The translations under genes were made by a program, and so were the position numbers. This document shows, one piece after another, positions 20,615 to 30,625 of a stretch of DNA of 64,000 bases. Numbering within the stretch: the stretch's first letter is position 1; each line of letters opens with the position of its first letter. The stretch covers positions 2,874 to 66,873 of the forward strand of contig JBJMMA010000259.1 of the NCBI GenBank assembly GCA_045805065.1. The letters run 5' to 3'. This stretch comes from Bdellovibrionia bacterium (lineage in GTDB: Bacteria > Bdellovibrionota > UBA1018). The notes below the pieces were generated by a model. The model made no database searches, was not told where the DNA came from, and saw only the letters and a list, made by a program, of their open reading frames with translations.

Positions 20615-21838
20615 TTAATTTACAAGCGAAGGATACTGAGCGCGAATCCGCTGAATTCGGAGCTCCAGGCGTCGCGCTTCCTCGCGCACGTCCGCTCTTT
20701 GGTCATAGCTTCGCGAAGTCTTCAGTTGCTGCAGAAGAGTCTCGCAGTAGCTCAGCTCAAGCTGGATCATCTGAGCGAACTTTTCAATTCCGGTGGAATA
20801 ATAAGCCAGCTTGTTGCCCTTGCCCGCGATGCTTTCTTCCAGGGCACTGCGGTTCACCAGCTCGCCCGTTTGCAAATTGAAAATTCTGTAGTTTTCACGT
20901 GATGACTGCGTATGGAAAGGCTCGTAAGGAAGATTGTAGCGATTGCGATACCGGATGACAGCCGAGATCTCAGCTGCGAATGCATCCACCTCTCCGCCTT
21001 GTCTTTCCATATTCCAAAGGCTGTAGTCGTTTGCGTCCTTGAAAATCAGAAGTTCATTGAGATTTTCTGACTTCATCCGGCGCAATGAGCCCAGAACGTG
21101 CGTCAACTCGTGAATGATCGTTGCATACAAGTCGATCATCTCGGACTTGGGATTGAGGCTGACGACAACACTGAGCCGTACACCCGGATTCGGATCTGGA
21201 ATGAACATGCCTTCGGGATCCAAAGCTGGCCAGCCCGCGAGAACGGACCGAGGGCTCGCGCGATCCGTGATGATCATGGAAACACCGTTTTCAAACGCAT
21301 TGCGCGGATTAATAAAGGTCACAAGCTCGCGAAGACTGGATTTCCCGGTCTCGCTCAATACTGCCGTAATCAGAGCATTGGCTTGCTCATCATCGGCAAG
21401 AGCGTCTTCAATTCTGGCAAAAGACTCAGGATCGCTCACATCAAATCTCTCATGTGACTTGAAGATCGCAGGAGGATAGCCTGCTCTTCTGGCAAATACG
21501 ATCGAACTGCGCTGCTCAGGTTGCGCCTGAGTCTCGGATGGAACCACGGATGGCGTTACGGACGCCACTGCTGCTGGCTGAGCGGACTCTTGTCCTGACA
21601 GAACCATCTCCTGCACAGCAAGCGCTTGATTCAGGTTTCCCGCTTCTCGGGATGGCTCAACGTTCCGGGCGCGAAACAACGAAGAGAGCGCTCCTCGAAA
21701 CGAGGAGAAAAAGCCTCCGCTTTCCGAGGAATTCATCGCATACGCGGGAACCGATCCCATTTGGATCAAAAGAACCAGACCAGTTACCGACTTTGAACGG
21801 AGCCAAGATGTTTTCACTGCCACAAGAACAACCTCCAC
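20615..21838 (-). CDS. Secreted protein with an HExxH zinc-metallopeptidase-like motif
   Basis: Hydrophobic N-terminus. 'IIHELTHVLG' HExxH motif. No wider family recognised. Confidence 0.45.
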   Translation of the reverse strand: MEVVLVAVKTSWLRSKSVTGLVLLIQMGSVPAYAMNSSESGGFFSSFRGALSSLFRARNVEPSREAGNLNQALAVQEMVLSGQESAQPAAVASVTPSVVPSETQAQPEQRSSIVFARRAGYPPAIFKSHERFDVSDPESFARIEDALADDEQANALITAVLSETGKSSLRELVTFINPRNAFENGVSMIITDRASPRSVLAGWPALDPEGMFIPDPNPGVRLSVVVSLNPKSEMIDLYATIIHELTHVLGSLRRMKSENLNELLIFKDANDYSLWNMERQGGEVDAFAAEISAVIRYRNRYNLPYEPFHTQSSRENYRIFNLQTGELVNRSALEESIAGKGNKLAYYSTGIEKFAQMIQLELSYCETLLQQLKTSRSYDQRADVREEARRLELRIQRIRAQYPSLVN

Positions 21839-21957
21839 AGGCCCTTACCCGGCGACTTTTATATAATGTCTGACTTCTTTTGTCTACTATTAGATAGTAA
21901 TTTTTACAATTGCGCGTGATATTCATGAGTTAGCCCCCCGCCCTGAGGCCGTGCACG

Positions 21958-21973
21958 ACTCCGCCGGCGGAGT
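21958..21973. promoter_or_regulatory. Perfect 16-bp palindrome ACTCCGCCGGCGGAGT, copy 1, 45 nt upstream of mutS
   Basis: Read directly from the sequence. Lies in a divergent intergenic region. Same core as copies at 33061..33074 and 53629..53644. Confidence 0.4.
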
Positions 21974-22018
21974 TTCTTTCTTGATGCACACTCACTCGGG
22001 TGCTAGTCCGGAAAGTCT

Positions 22019-24799
22019 ATGGCGCAGCAGATCGATCTCGAGAATCAGAGCCCTTCTCAGACCCCGTCCCAGACCCCATTAATGAAGCAGTACTGGGATC
22101 TGAAAAAGCAGGCGGGCGATGCCCTTCTTCTTTTCAGAATGGGTGATTTCTATGAACTGTTTGGAGACGACGCGGTTGAGGCCGCTCGCATTCTCGACAT
22201 CACGCTGACCTCGCGCGATAAGAACAAGGCGAACCCGATGCCCATGGCAGGAGTTCCCCACCACAGCGTGCAGGGCTACCTGCAGAGACTTTTGAAAGCT
22301 GGCAAAAAAGTCGCGATCGGCGAGCAGATTGAAGACCCGGCTACCGTCGTGGGCAAGGCGATTGTGAAGCGCGATATTGTTCGCACCTTTACGCCTGGAA
22401 TCCAGTTTGAATCGGAAGGATCGGAAGCCCACTATCTGGCAATCCTCGTTCCTACTTCTTTTGTCCGTGGCGATAAGAGCGACACCTGGAATCTGGCTTG
22501 CCTCGACGCCTCAACGGGTGAAGCGTTAGTCAGTGAGCCTATGAGCGCTCAAGCCGCGGCCACTGAATTGGGACTGTTACCGGTTCGCCATCTCTTGACG
22601 ATCAGCGATCAGTCGCTTCCGGAGCTCTTGAGTCACGCCGTATCGGCCCTGACCGCAAACCAGGTTTTGATCGAAGAGATTCCAGCCAACTATCTTTCGC
22701 TCATTCAGGCGCGCGAGATCCTCAAAAAGAACTATGGCCTGGACCAGCTGGGCGCCTTCATCTCAACAGACGAGGGAATCATCGCTTTAGGAATCCTGGT
22801 CATCTACGCCGCACGCTCGCAAAAACAAGAGCGCTTGCAGCACTTGAGACTTCCTTCTCCTTTGCGCAAACCCAAGACTTTGGTGCTGGGACCGCGCGTC
22901 CCGCAACACTTGGATTTGGTGCCGGCTCAAGAAGGAACCCCTCACCTTTATGGTCTCATCAATCACACACGCTCAGCTCTGGGCGCGCGCCAACTCAAAC
23001 GCTGGCTCCTCTCTCCTTTAAAGGACTCCAAGGAGATCGCTGCCAGGCAGGACGCGGTTCGCGAGATCCTGAGAAGCGATAGCCGCGAGCGCCTCTCGCA
23101 AGAGCTTGCGGATGTTTACGATCTTGAGCGCATCTTGGGTCGCGTGAATACGGGACTTGCCAACCCACGCGACACTTTGCAGCTCGGACGCTCCATCCGC
23201 GCGCTTTCTCAGATGTCTGGCTATTTGAGCTCTTACAAAGCGCCGCTTCTGAAGAACATGGCCGAAAGCTTTGCCCAGGCCTCAAGCGCTCTTCAAGACT
23301 TGGGCAAGAGAATCGTCGACAATCAGCGCGAAGAAGCTCCACTGACCGCGCGCGATGGTGAAATCTTCAGCCGCGGCACCTCTCCGGATCTCGATCATCT
23401 GATTGATCTTACGGAGAACGGTCAGCGCTGGCTCGTGGATCTTGAAACGCGCGAGCGTGAAGCCACGGGCATCACTTCCCTTAAAGTGCGCTACAACCGC
23501 GTCTTTGGATACTATCTTGAAGTGACTTCAGCGCACCTCAAAAACGTTCCTGCGCATTACCAGCGCAAGCAGACGATGGTGGGTGCTGAGCGTTTCTTTA
23601 CGGAAGAGCTGAAAAAGTTTGAAGAAGAGATTCTCACTGCCTCGTCTCGCCAAAAATCCCTGGAGCAGCAGCTCTTCGAAGATCTCTTGAAGTCGATTCA
23701 GGAACAAACTTCAGCGATCATGGAAGCCGCCCGCGTTTTGGGTGAGCTCGATGCGCTGGTCTCGCTCTCGCGCCTGGCCGATGAAGCAGGATGGTCTTTC
23801 CCTGAAATTGATGACTCCCTTGAGATGACCATCATGAACGGCCGTCACCCGCTCGTGGATCGAAACAGCGGCGGTGGATTTGTTCCAAATGATCTGAAAC
23901 TCTCGGATCAAACGCGCCTGACTCTGATGATCACTGGCCCGAACATGGGCGGTAAATCGACCGTCATGCGCCAGGTGGCGCTCATCGTGATTTTGGGACA
24001 AATGGGTGCGCCCGTTCCTGCCAGTGAAGCTCGCTGGGGTTCGGTCTCCTCCTTATATACCCGTATCGGCGCACACGACGCGATCGCCCGCGGCCAATCG
24101 ACTTTCATGGTCGAGATGAGCGAGCTTGCGCATATTCTTCATTACGCGGATTCGCGCTCCCTGATCATTCTCGATGAAATCGGCCGCGGCACGAGCACCT
24201 ATGACGGAATGAGTGTGGCTTGGGCAACGCTGGAGTGGATCTGCCAGAAGATCAAGGCTCGCACTCTTTTTGCGACCCACTATCATGAGCTCACGCGTCT
24301 GACGACGCAGCTTCCACTTCTTGCCAATGCCCATATGGCAGTGGAGAGCGAGAAGACCGGCAAGAGTTCGAATCTTCGCTTCCTTTATAAGCTCAAAGAA
24401 GGTCCAACCAACGAGAGCTTCGGTGTTCACGTCGCGCAGATCGCAGGACTTCCACGCCCGGTGATTGATCGCGCCTGGAAAGTGCTCGATGAACTGGAGA
24501 ACGGAAACGCTCACCCGCAAGCTGCACAGCTTTCGCTTTTTGATTTAGCAGCTCAGGCTGAGCCTGAACAAGAACCTCAAATTGAAACTCAGCCTGAACC
24601 TAAAAAGGAAGAGGAACTCGAGCGACTTGCGATTCTCGAAGATTTAAAAAACCTCAACCTCAACGCAATGACCCCGCTTCAAGCACTCAACGAGCTGGCA
24701 AGACTTCAGGATAAGTATCGCGAATCTGACGAAGGGTTTTCTGCAGGGATCCGCCAACAGCAACCTCAGGATGCTGGATCGAAATCCATCGCAAACTAG
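22019..24799 (+). CDS. mutS: DNA mismatch repair protein MutS
   Basis: 926 aa. Walker A 'TGPNMGGKST'. 'STFMVEMSE' and 'DEIGRGTSTYDG' MutS motifs. Confidence 0.95.
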   Translation: MAQQIDLENQSPSQTPSQTPLMKQYWDLKKQAGDALLLFRMGDFYELFGDDAVEAARILDITLTSRDKNKANPMPMAGVPHHSVQGYLQRLLKAGKKVAIGEQIEDPATVVGKAIVKRDIVRTFTPGIQFESEGSEAHYLAILVPTSFVRGDKSDTWNLACLDASTGEALVSEPMSAQAAATELGLLPVRHLLTISDQSLPELLSHAVSALTANQVLIEEIPANYLSLIQAREILKKNYGLDQLGAFISTDEGIIALGILVIYAARSQKQERLQHLRLPSPLRKPKTLVLGPRVPQHLDLVPAQEGTPHLYGLINHTRSALGARQLKRWLLSPLKDSKEIAARQDAVREILRSDSRERLSQELADVYDLERILGRVNTGLANPRDTLQLGRSIRALSQMSGYLSSYKAPLLKNMAESFAQASSALQDLGKRIVDNQREEAPLTARDGEIFSRGTSPDLDHLIDLTENGQRWLVDLETREREATGITSLKVRYNRVFGYYLEVTSAHLKNVPAHYQRKQTMVGAERFFTEELKKFEEEILTASSRQKSLEQQLFEDLLKSIQEQTSAIMEAARVLGELDALVSLSRLADEAGWSFPEIDDSLEMTIMNGRHPLVDRNSGGGFVPNDLKLSDQTRLTLMITGPNMGGKSTVMRQVALIVILGQMGAPVPASEARWGSVSSLYTRIGAHDAIARGQSTFMVEMSELAHILHYADSRSLIILDEIGRGTSTYDGMSVAWATLEWICQKIKARTLFATHYHELTRLTTQLPLLANAHMAVESEKTGKSSNLRFLYKLKEGPTNESFGVHVAQIAGLPRPVIDRAWKVLDELENGNAHPQAAQLSLFDLAAQAEPEQEPQIETQPEPKKEEELERLAILEDLKNLNLNAMTPLQALNELARLQDKYRESDEGFSAGIRQQQPQDAGSKSIAN

Positions 24800-25808
24800 C
24801 GCCATCTGACTCTGAAGCGCTCAGTACAGAAGATGAGATCGCCAGCTTAGTCATCCATACATGCGCCGTGCGTGTGATTTTGTGACGAGTGACGATAAGC
24901 TTGCTCTCGACTTTGCCCACGCGAGCGAGTTTTGTTTTGGCAACGGGTGATTCCTCGGGAAAATCCCAAAGCCCCGCCCGCCACTCGCCGGGACGCCTGA
25001 GTGCCAGAAGCATGCGTCCTTTTGAGTCAAAGATGCAATGCACTTCCTCTTTCACCGCAAGCCACTCTTTAGGCTTTTTCTTCGGCGGATAGGCCTCTTC
25101 TTCGGAGTTCTGATGTGCGCGGCACATGGACGCGATCGGGCACAAAAGGCATTTCGGTTTTTTCGGCGTGCAGACCGTCGCACCGAGCTCCATCATGGCT
25201 TGATTGAGAACGCTTGGGCGCACTCCCTGCTCATGGGCGCGCTCGACAAAAACTTTTGAGAGTCGCCACAGACGATTCTTGTAAGCTGCATCTCCTCCCG
25301 CGCGTGAAACGCGACGTACGCGCGAGAGCACACGCTCAACGTTTCCATCCAGGATGGATTCGGGTTGATTGAGCGCGATCGAGAGAATTGCGCCTGCCGT
25401 ATAAGGACCTACTCCCGGAACATCAAGCCAGCCTTCGCGAGTACGAGGAAATCCACCTGCTGCCACGATCTGGCGAGCAGCTTTATGAATATTGCGCGCT
25501 CGCGAGTAATAACCCAAGCCTGCCCAATGCAGGAGCACGTCTTCCTCAGGCGCGGCTGCCAACGTCTCAACGGATGGAAAGCGCGAAACAAAGCGCTCAA
25601 AGTAAGGAATGACGGTAATGACCTGAGTTTGCTGCAGCATGATCTCTGAGATCCACACGCGGTAAAGCGTGGGTTCATCACGCCACGGTAAGACACGTTT
25701 TTGACGCTCAAACCATTCACCGAGCTGATTCAGCTCCTTTAATTGCTTTAGCTGCTTAAGCGGGCTTCTACCCTTTGCTCCTCTTGCCATTCCCGCTGTT
25801 TCTCCCAT
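24687..25808 (-). CDS. mutY: A/G-specific adenine DNA glycosylase MutY
   Basis: HhH-GPD 'VWISEIMLQQTQV' with a C-terminal NUDIX-like domain. The C-terminal residues read 'CTPKKPKCLLCPIASMC' and may correspond to the Fe-S cysteine cluster. Its 3' end overlaps the mutS 3' end by 113 nt. Confidence 0.8.
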   Translation of the reverse strand: MGETAGMARGAKGRSPLKQLKQLKELNQLGEWFERQKRVLPWRDEPTLYRVWISEIMLQQTQVITVIPYFERFVSRFPSVETLAAAPEEDVLLHWAGLGYYSRARNIHKAARQIVAAGGFPRTREGWLDVPGVGPYTAGAILSIALNQPESILDGNVERVLSRVRRVSRAGGDAAYKNRLWRLSKVFVERAHEQGVRPSVLNQAMMELGATVCTPKKPKCLLCPIASMCRAHQNSEEEAYPPKKKPKEWLAVKEEVHCIFDSKGRMLLALRRPGEWRAGLWDFPEESPVAKTKLARVGKVESKLIVTRHKITRTAHVWMTKLAISSSVLSASESDGASLRWISIQHPEVAVGGSLQKTLRQIRDTYPEVLPAR

Positions 25809-25821
25809 AAGCTGAAATTCG

Positions 25822-26679
25822 GTGGCAAGAACGATCTTTCACGGCATCTTTATAAACTTAGTGGGACTTACCTTGAGCTCGGCTCTTTTTGGGCCGCTTG
25901 CCGTCTCATCCGCATGGGCTGCAAAACCCAAGCATCCTTTTAAGGTCGTGATTGATCCGGGCCATGGTGGAAATGATCATGGCACCACTCAACTCATCGG
26001 AAACGCCGAAGTGATGGAAAAGCAGCTCACTCTGGCGCTTGCGCAAGAGACTGCGCGCATTCTTCGCGCCAAAGGCGTAGTGACGATTCTCACCCGCACC
26101 GAGGATAAAGACGTAGCCCTGGGGGCTCGCACCGCGCTTGCCAATCGCCTGAAGGCCGATGTCTTTCTCTCCATTCACATGAACTCCACTGACACTCCCA
26201 TGGTGGTCGGGGCCGAAGGGATTGAGACATTTATTCTGAACAACACCACAGACGCGACATCCAAGCGCCTGGCCCACCTTGAAAACTCCGTCCTCAGCCC
26301 TGAAGAGCGCGCTGCTGCCGAATCCCCAGAGCAACTGGATGTGGCGCTGATCCTGAGAGACTTGCGGCTGGATGCCAATCTTTCTGAGAGTAAACGCCTG
26401 GCCTGCATCGTTCAGGATCATCTGATCGGTACGGCCAAAGCAAAACCGCGCAATCGCGGCGTCAGACAGGCCCTCTTCCACGTTCTCTTAGGCGCTGAAA
26501 TGCCCAGCATCCTGGTTGAGGCGGGCTTTCTATCCAATCCTCGCGATCGTGAAACCATGCAGTCGCCGAAGAGCCGCCACGCTCTGGGAGTCGCTCTCGC
26601 ACGCGCGATCATGAGCTTCCGGGACACTCGTGGCACGGGTCAGGCTCAACTGACATTGAGCAGATGTAAAGTTCATTGA
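25822..26679 (+). CDS. N-acetylmuramoyl-L-alanine amidase (Amidase_3 family)
   Basis: Signal peptide. 'VVIDPGHGGNDHGT' and 'FLSIHMNS' Ami-type motifs. Confidence 0.85.
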   Translation: MARTIFHGIFINLVGLTLSSALFGPLAVSSAWAAKPKHPFKVVIDPGHGGNDHGTTQLIGNAEVMEKQLTLALAQETARILRAKGVVTILTRTEDKDVALGARTALANRLKADVFLSIHMNSTDTPMVVGAEGIETFILNNTTDATSKRLAHLENSVLSPEERAAAESPEQLDVALILRDLRLDANLSESKRLACIVQDHLIGTAKAKPRNRGVRQALFHVLLGAEMPSILVEAGFLSNPRDRETMQSPKSRHALGVALARAIMSFRDTRGTGQAQLTLSRCKVH

Positions 26680-26871
26680 CAGTTCTTGCCTGAGGGCAAG
26701 TAACCATCAATCCTATTCGTTTACTTTTAACTCCATTCTTTTCATATACTTACAAAATGACACACCGATGCGTCGACTTTGACGCACCTGGCATTCGACT
26801 TGCTCTAATCCCTCCCGAGAGAGCTGAAGTGACGAGGGTCACGTAGAGTAGAACCCCTCGCACGCAAAACG

Positions 26872-27540
26872 TTGTTAGTGGAGGTAGTTATGAAAACGAA
26901 AAAGTTGGCCATTGCCCTGGCCATGAGTACGATCTCGCTCCTGACAGGATGCGGATCCAGCGGCGGTAGTCCCGCACCGGTAGCAGGAAACATCATCGGT
27001 TACACCCAACAGTGCACGCCGACAGGCTGTGTGCAGGTTCCAATCTATGGCGGAACCGGTGGTTGCGTTCCTCTTTCATCACCGATTTACTTTGCAGGCT
27101 CAGGACAAATCTTAGGAAATGTCCTGGCAGCAGGCACGATTCCTAACTACGGAACGTATGGTAGCTTAGGAATCTCCACCTCACCGGTTTCCCAGGTGGG
27201 GGGCCAGGTCTATACAAGTCCTTCGGGATTGCAGATCAGCGTCGCCAGCTCCTACGCAGGAGCTCAGACGTCGGTATCGGGTAGCTTGCAACTCAGCCAG
27301 GCCGCCCAATACAACATCTCATTGGCAGCCCAAAGTGGGGCTTACCCGAGTTATAACAATGCATCCTATACACCCTGGGGCAACTCTTCGTACTACGGAG
27401 GCGGTTACACCAGCAGCAGCGCCTGTGTGAGCGGTATCGCTCTCCAGCTTGCTCCTTACACGAGCGTGAACGGTGTCTACGGATACGCCTATCTTTACCT
27501 GAACAATACTCAGCACGGATACATCCTCCAGCTGTACTGA
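26872..27540 (+). CDS. Gly/Ser/Tyr-rich low-complexity lipoprotein
   Basis: Lipobox 'LLTGC'. The mature part is G/S/Y/Q-rich and ends with a Tyr-rich C-terminus 'VYGYAYLYL'. Confidence 0.5.
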   Translation: MLVEVVMKTKKLAIALAMSTISLLTGCGSSGGSPAPVAGNIIGYTQQCTPTGCVQVPIYGGTGGCVPLSSPIYFAGSGQILGNVLAAGTIPNYGTYGSLGISTSPVSQVGGQVYTSPSGLQISVASSYAGAQTSVSGSLQLSQAAQYNISLAAQSGAYPSYNNASYTPWGNSSYYGGGYTSSSACVSGIALQLAPYTSVNGVYGYAYLYLNNTQHGYILQLY

Positions 27541-27705
27541 TCTGAGTTAAGTTCTGAAAAAACTATCTCCCTCTCCAAAGGGTCCGTCTTCTAGCGGTAG
27601 CGGTATCAAGCGGAAGTAGAAGCAGAAGCAGTATGAAGTTGCACGACGGAACCACAAGGCAGCCCAACCGGTAACACGGGGCAGATGTTGCCGACTTGGG
27701 CGAAA

Positions 27706-27744
27706 GGGGTAAGCGCTTCCTCAAAAAGGGAACGCTTACCCCTT
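27706..27744 (+). terminator. Hairpin (terminator-like) inside the 5' extension of the recombinase ORF
   Basis: Inverted repeat 'AGGGGTAAGCGCTTCC-tcaaaaag-GGAACGCTTACCCCT' followed by 'TTCCTT'. Confidence 0.35.
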
Positions 27745-27777
27745 CCTTATTACATAGCGCCAGTTAAAATAAGAGAA

Positions 27778-28710
27778 GTGAGCGCATCCCCGCAAACAAA
27801 CGTTCTGATCTACTGGATCAAATCCTTTCTTGAGGCCCGCCGCATCGATCGCGGGGCAAGCGATCGGACGATCGAGGCCTATAAGCGGGACCTGGAACAG
27901 TTTGCAAGCTCCCTCCCCGAAGGACTTGCGCCGGAAAAGATTTCCGCAAGCCATCTTCAGGATTACATCACAAAGCTTCATCATGATCAGCAGAAGCCCG
28001 CATCCATTGCTCGAAAGATCAGTGCTTTGAGACAGTTCTTCAAATTCTGCTGTCTTGAGCGGCGTCTGCTGGAAAACCCTGCTGAGAATCTCGAGTCTCC
28101 CAAGCAAGGTCAGAGACTTCCTAAAAATCTCTCGACCGATGAAGTCGGAAAACTTCTATCAGCCGCAGACACAGGGCTCACTTACTTGAACGAGACAAAC
28201 GCCGATGCCTTGCGCGCTCGCGATCGGGCGATTCTTTATCTGCTTTACGCAACGGGGCTTCGCATCTCAGAACTCACGAGCCTCACCCCTCACGATATTG
28301 ACCTTCAAATGGGTTATCTCCGGGTCAAGGGAAAGGGCGGCAAAGAACGCATCGCCCCTTTTGCCACGGTTGCCGGCGATCATCTGAGAAACTGGATGGA
28401 GAATCATCGCGCGACCCTAAAGCCCGCAACCGATCATGTTTTTATCAACCATCGCGGATTTGCCCTAACGCGCCAATCCGTCTGGAAAACTTTGAAAGAA
28501 CTGGCCCTTCAGGCTGGAGTCTCCACAACTCTTTCTCCTCACAAACTCAGGCATTCCTTTGCGACGCATCTTCTTCAGTCAGGAATGAATCTGCGCTCCC
28601 TTCAAATGCTGCTTGGTCACTCGGATCTTTCCACTACTCAGATCTATGCCCATGTGACGCCTGAACATCTTAAAAGCGCTCATAAGAAGTATCACCCTCG
28701 GGGCGAATAA
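27778..28710 (+). CDS. Tyrosine site-specific recombinase, XerC/XerD family
   Basis: C-terminal 'HKLRHSFATHLLQSGMNLRSLQMLLGHSDLSTTQIYAHV' with catalytic Tyr. N-terminal 'AYKRDL' SAM-like domain. Start placed at the in-frame GTG 27778 after the hairpin. The ORF is open from 27685. Confidence 0.75.
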   Translation: MSASPQTNVLIYWIKSFLEARRIDRGASDRTIEAYKRDLEQFASSLPEGLAPEKISASHLQDYITKLHHDQQKPASIARKISALRQFFKFCCLERRLLENPAENLESPKQGQRLPKNLSTDEVGKLLSAADTGLTYLNETNADALRARDRAILYLLYATGLRISELTSLTPHDIDLQMGYLRVKGKGGKERIAPFATVAGDHLRNWMENHRATLKPATDHVFINHRGFALTRQSVWKTLKELALQAGVSTTLSPHKLRHSFATHLLQSGMNLRSLQMLLGHSDLSTTQIYAHVTPEHLKSAHKKYHPRGE

Positions 28711-28770
28711 AGTCAGGACCCGTTTTAAATCCTGTGCTAGAACCATAACTCATAGACTCATTGAGGACTT

Positions 28771-29457
28771 ATGGGAGAATCACTCGCACAAAACATCCAG
28801 CTGCTTTCCGTACAATTCGTGCCTTTCGTGATGGCCGTTGTCTTTCACGAATATGCCCACGGATTTATTGCCAGCCGCTGGGGTGATAAGACGGCCAAAG
28901 AGAACGGCCGATTGACTCTTAATCCAGTCCCCCATATTGATCCACTGGGAACCCTGGTCTTTCCGATTCTCATGATGCTCTCGGGCACTCACTTCCTTTT
29001 TGGATGGGCCAAGCCCGTGCCGATTGATCCACGCCGCTTTCGCAAATTTCGCCCAGGTCTTTTCTGGGTTTCGTTCGCGGGCCCTGGAATGAATTTTCTT
29101 CTGGCATTGCTTTCGGCTGCAAGCTTTTGCGCCATCCAGCGCTGGATGCCTCAGGACTTCTTCTTTTTCGAGCCTTTGATCACGATGTGCTACGTCTCGA
29201 TCACGCTCAACTATGCGCTGGGATTCTTCAATCTGATCCCTGTGCCCCCACTGGATGGCAGCAAGGTCATTGAATCCGTTCTGCCGCTTCATCTGGCGCG
29301 CAAATACGAATCTTTGTCTCGATACGGAATGCTGATTTTGATGGCCCTGCTTTTTACGGGCGCCTTGAACGTGATCGGCACTCCCATTCGCATCGCTTCA
29401 CGTTTGACCTTGGGCCTGATGGCCCATGCTTTTCATCTTCCTGAGGTTGCTCTATGA
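28771..29457 (+). CDS. Peptidase M50 family (site-2 protease-like) membrane metalloprotease
   Basis: 'VFHEYAHGFIA' HExxH in a TM helix and 'FNLIPVPPLDGSKV' M50 motif. 228 aa. Confidence 0.65.
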   Translation: MGESLAQNIQLLSVQFVPFVMAVVFHEYAHGFIASRWGDKTAKENGRLTLNPVPHIDPLGTLVFPILMMLSGTHFLFGWAKPVPIDPRRFRKFRPGLFWVSFAGPGMNFLLALLSAASFCAIQRWMPQDFFFFEPLITMCYVSITLNYALGFFNLIPVPPLDGSKVIESVLPLHLARKYESLSRYGMLILMALLFTGALNVIGTPIRIASRLTLGLMAHAFHLPEVAL

Positions 29458-30452
29458 ATAAGCCTGTCATGCTCTCTGCGGTTCAGCCTTCCAAGAATCT
29501 CACGCTTGGAAATTATCTGGGCGCTTTGAAAAACTGGGTGAAGCTTCAAGACGAGAACGATTGCATCTTCTTTGCGGTCGACATGCACTCCATCACCGTT
29601 CGTCAGGACCCGAAAGAGCTTCGCCAATGGACGTATGAGGCGATCGCGACTTACATTGCCTGCGGAATCGATCCTGAGAAATCGCTTTTGTTCGTTCAAT
29701 CGCACGTTCCTGCTCACGCGGAGCTTGCCTGGGTTTTAACGACCTTCAGTTACATGGGCGAGCTCAACCGCATGACGCAGTTCAAAGATAAAAGCGCCAA
29801 ACAGGGTCAGAACATTCCTGCGGGCCTTTTCACCTATCCGGTTTTGATGGCGTCCGACATTCTTCTTTATCAAACCAAGAAAGTCCCGGTCGGCGAAGAC
29901 CAAAAACAGCACGTCGAGCTCACGCGCGATCTTGCGGGCCGGATGAACAATCTCTTTGGAGATGATCTGTTCACGATGCCTGAGCCCTATATTCCGCCTG
30001 TCGGCGCTCGCATCATGAGCTTGCAAGACCCGACGGCTAAAATGTCGAAGTCGGATCCTGATCCGAATTCTGCGATTTATCTGAGCGATTCGGATGATGT
30101 GATTCGCAAGAAATTGAAACGCGCCGTGACCGACTCAGGTACTGAGATCACTTTGGACGACGCAAAACCCGGCGTTAAAAATCTGATCATGATTCAGGCC
30201 GCGATCACCGGCAAAAAGCCCGAGGAAATCGTCGCTTCGTACGCTGGCAAAATGTATGGCCATCTCAAGGTTGAAACTGGCGACATCGTTGCTGCCGCCG
30301 TGGGCCCGATTCGCGATCGCGTTCGCGAGATCCTGGCCGACCCAGGCTATTTGGATGGCATTCTCAAGCGCGGCGCCGAGCGTGCCCGTGAGCGCGCAGA
30401 GCCTACACTGCGCAAGGTTTACGATCGGATTGGTTTTATTCCTGTTCGGTAA
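29454..30452 (+). CDS. trpS: Tryptophan--tRNA ligase
   Basis: 'KMSKSDP' class I signature. The N-terminal 'TLGNYLGA' corresponds to HIGH. 332 aa. Confidence 0.9.
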   Translation: MNKPVMLSAVQPSKNLTLGNYLGALKNWVKLQDENDCIFFAVDMHSITVRQDPKELRQWTYEAIATYIACGIDPEKSLLFVQSHVPAHAELAWVLTTFSYMGELNRMTQFKDKSAKQGQNIPAGLFTYPVLMASDILLYQTKKVPVGEDQKQHVELTRDLAGRMNNLFGDDLFTMPEPYIPPVGARIMSLQDPTAKMSKSDPDPNSAIYLSDSDDVIRKKLKRAVTDSGTEITLDDAKPGVKNLIMIQAAITGKKPEEIVASYAGKMYGHLKVETGDIVAAAVGPIRDRVREILADPGYLDGILKRGAERARERAEPTLRKVYDRIGFIPVR

Positions 30453-30625
30453 ACCGACCGCTTTATCCAGCTGAATTAGCCCATTTAGTCTATTTTCAAC
30501 TGTCTAAGTGTAATTTGCTTGCCCTAAGTAGAAACAATCAGCACCCTGTGTTTATTTGACACATCCTATTCCCGGATAGGCCTGTTAGACTGAGACTATT
30601 CATCAAAAGTCGAATTAGGCGGGGA

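Noticed and set aside
25906-26481. Minus-strand 191-aa ORF inside the amidase gene
   Set aside because: Antisense to a gene with clear Amidase_3 motifs.
27685-28710. The Xer recombinase as part of a mobile element
   Set aside because: A single chromosomal XerC/D-type gene next to housekeeping trpS and an M50 protease, with no flanking repeats. It is more likely the chromosome-dimer resolvase than an island integrase.
30553-30600. Possible sigma70 promoter (TTGACA at about 30555) upstream of the lectin gene
   Set aside because: No acceptable -10 hexamer at 16-18 nt spacing, so it is not supportable by eye.
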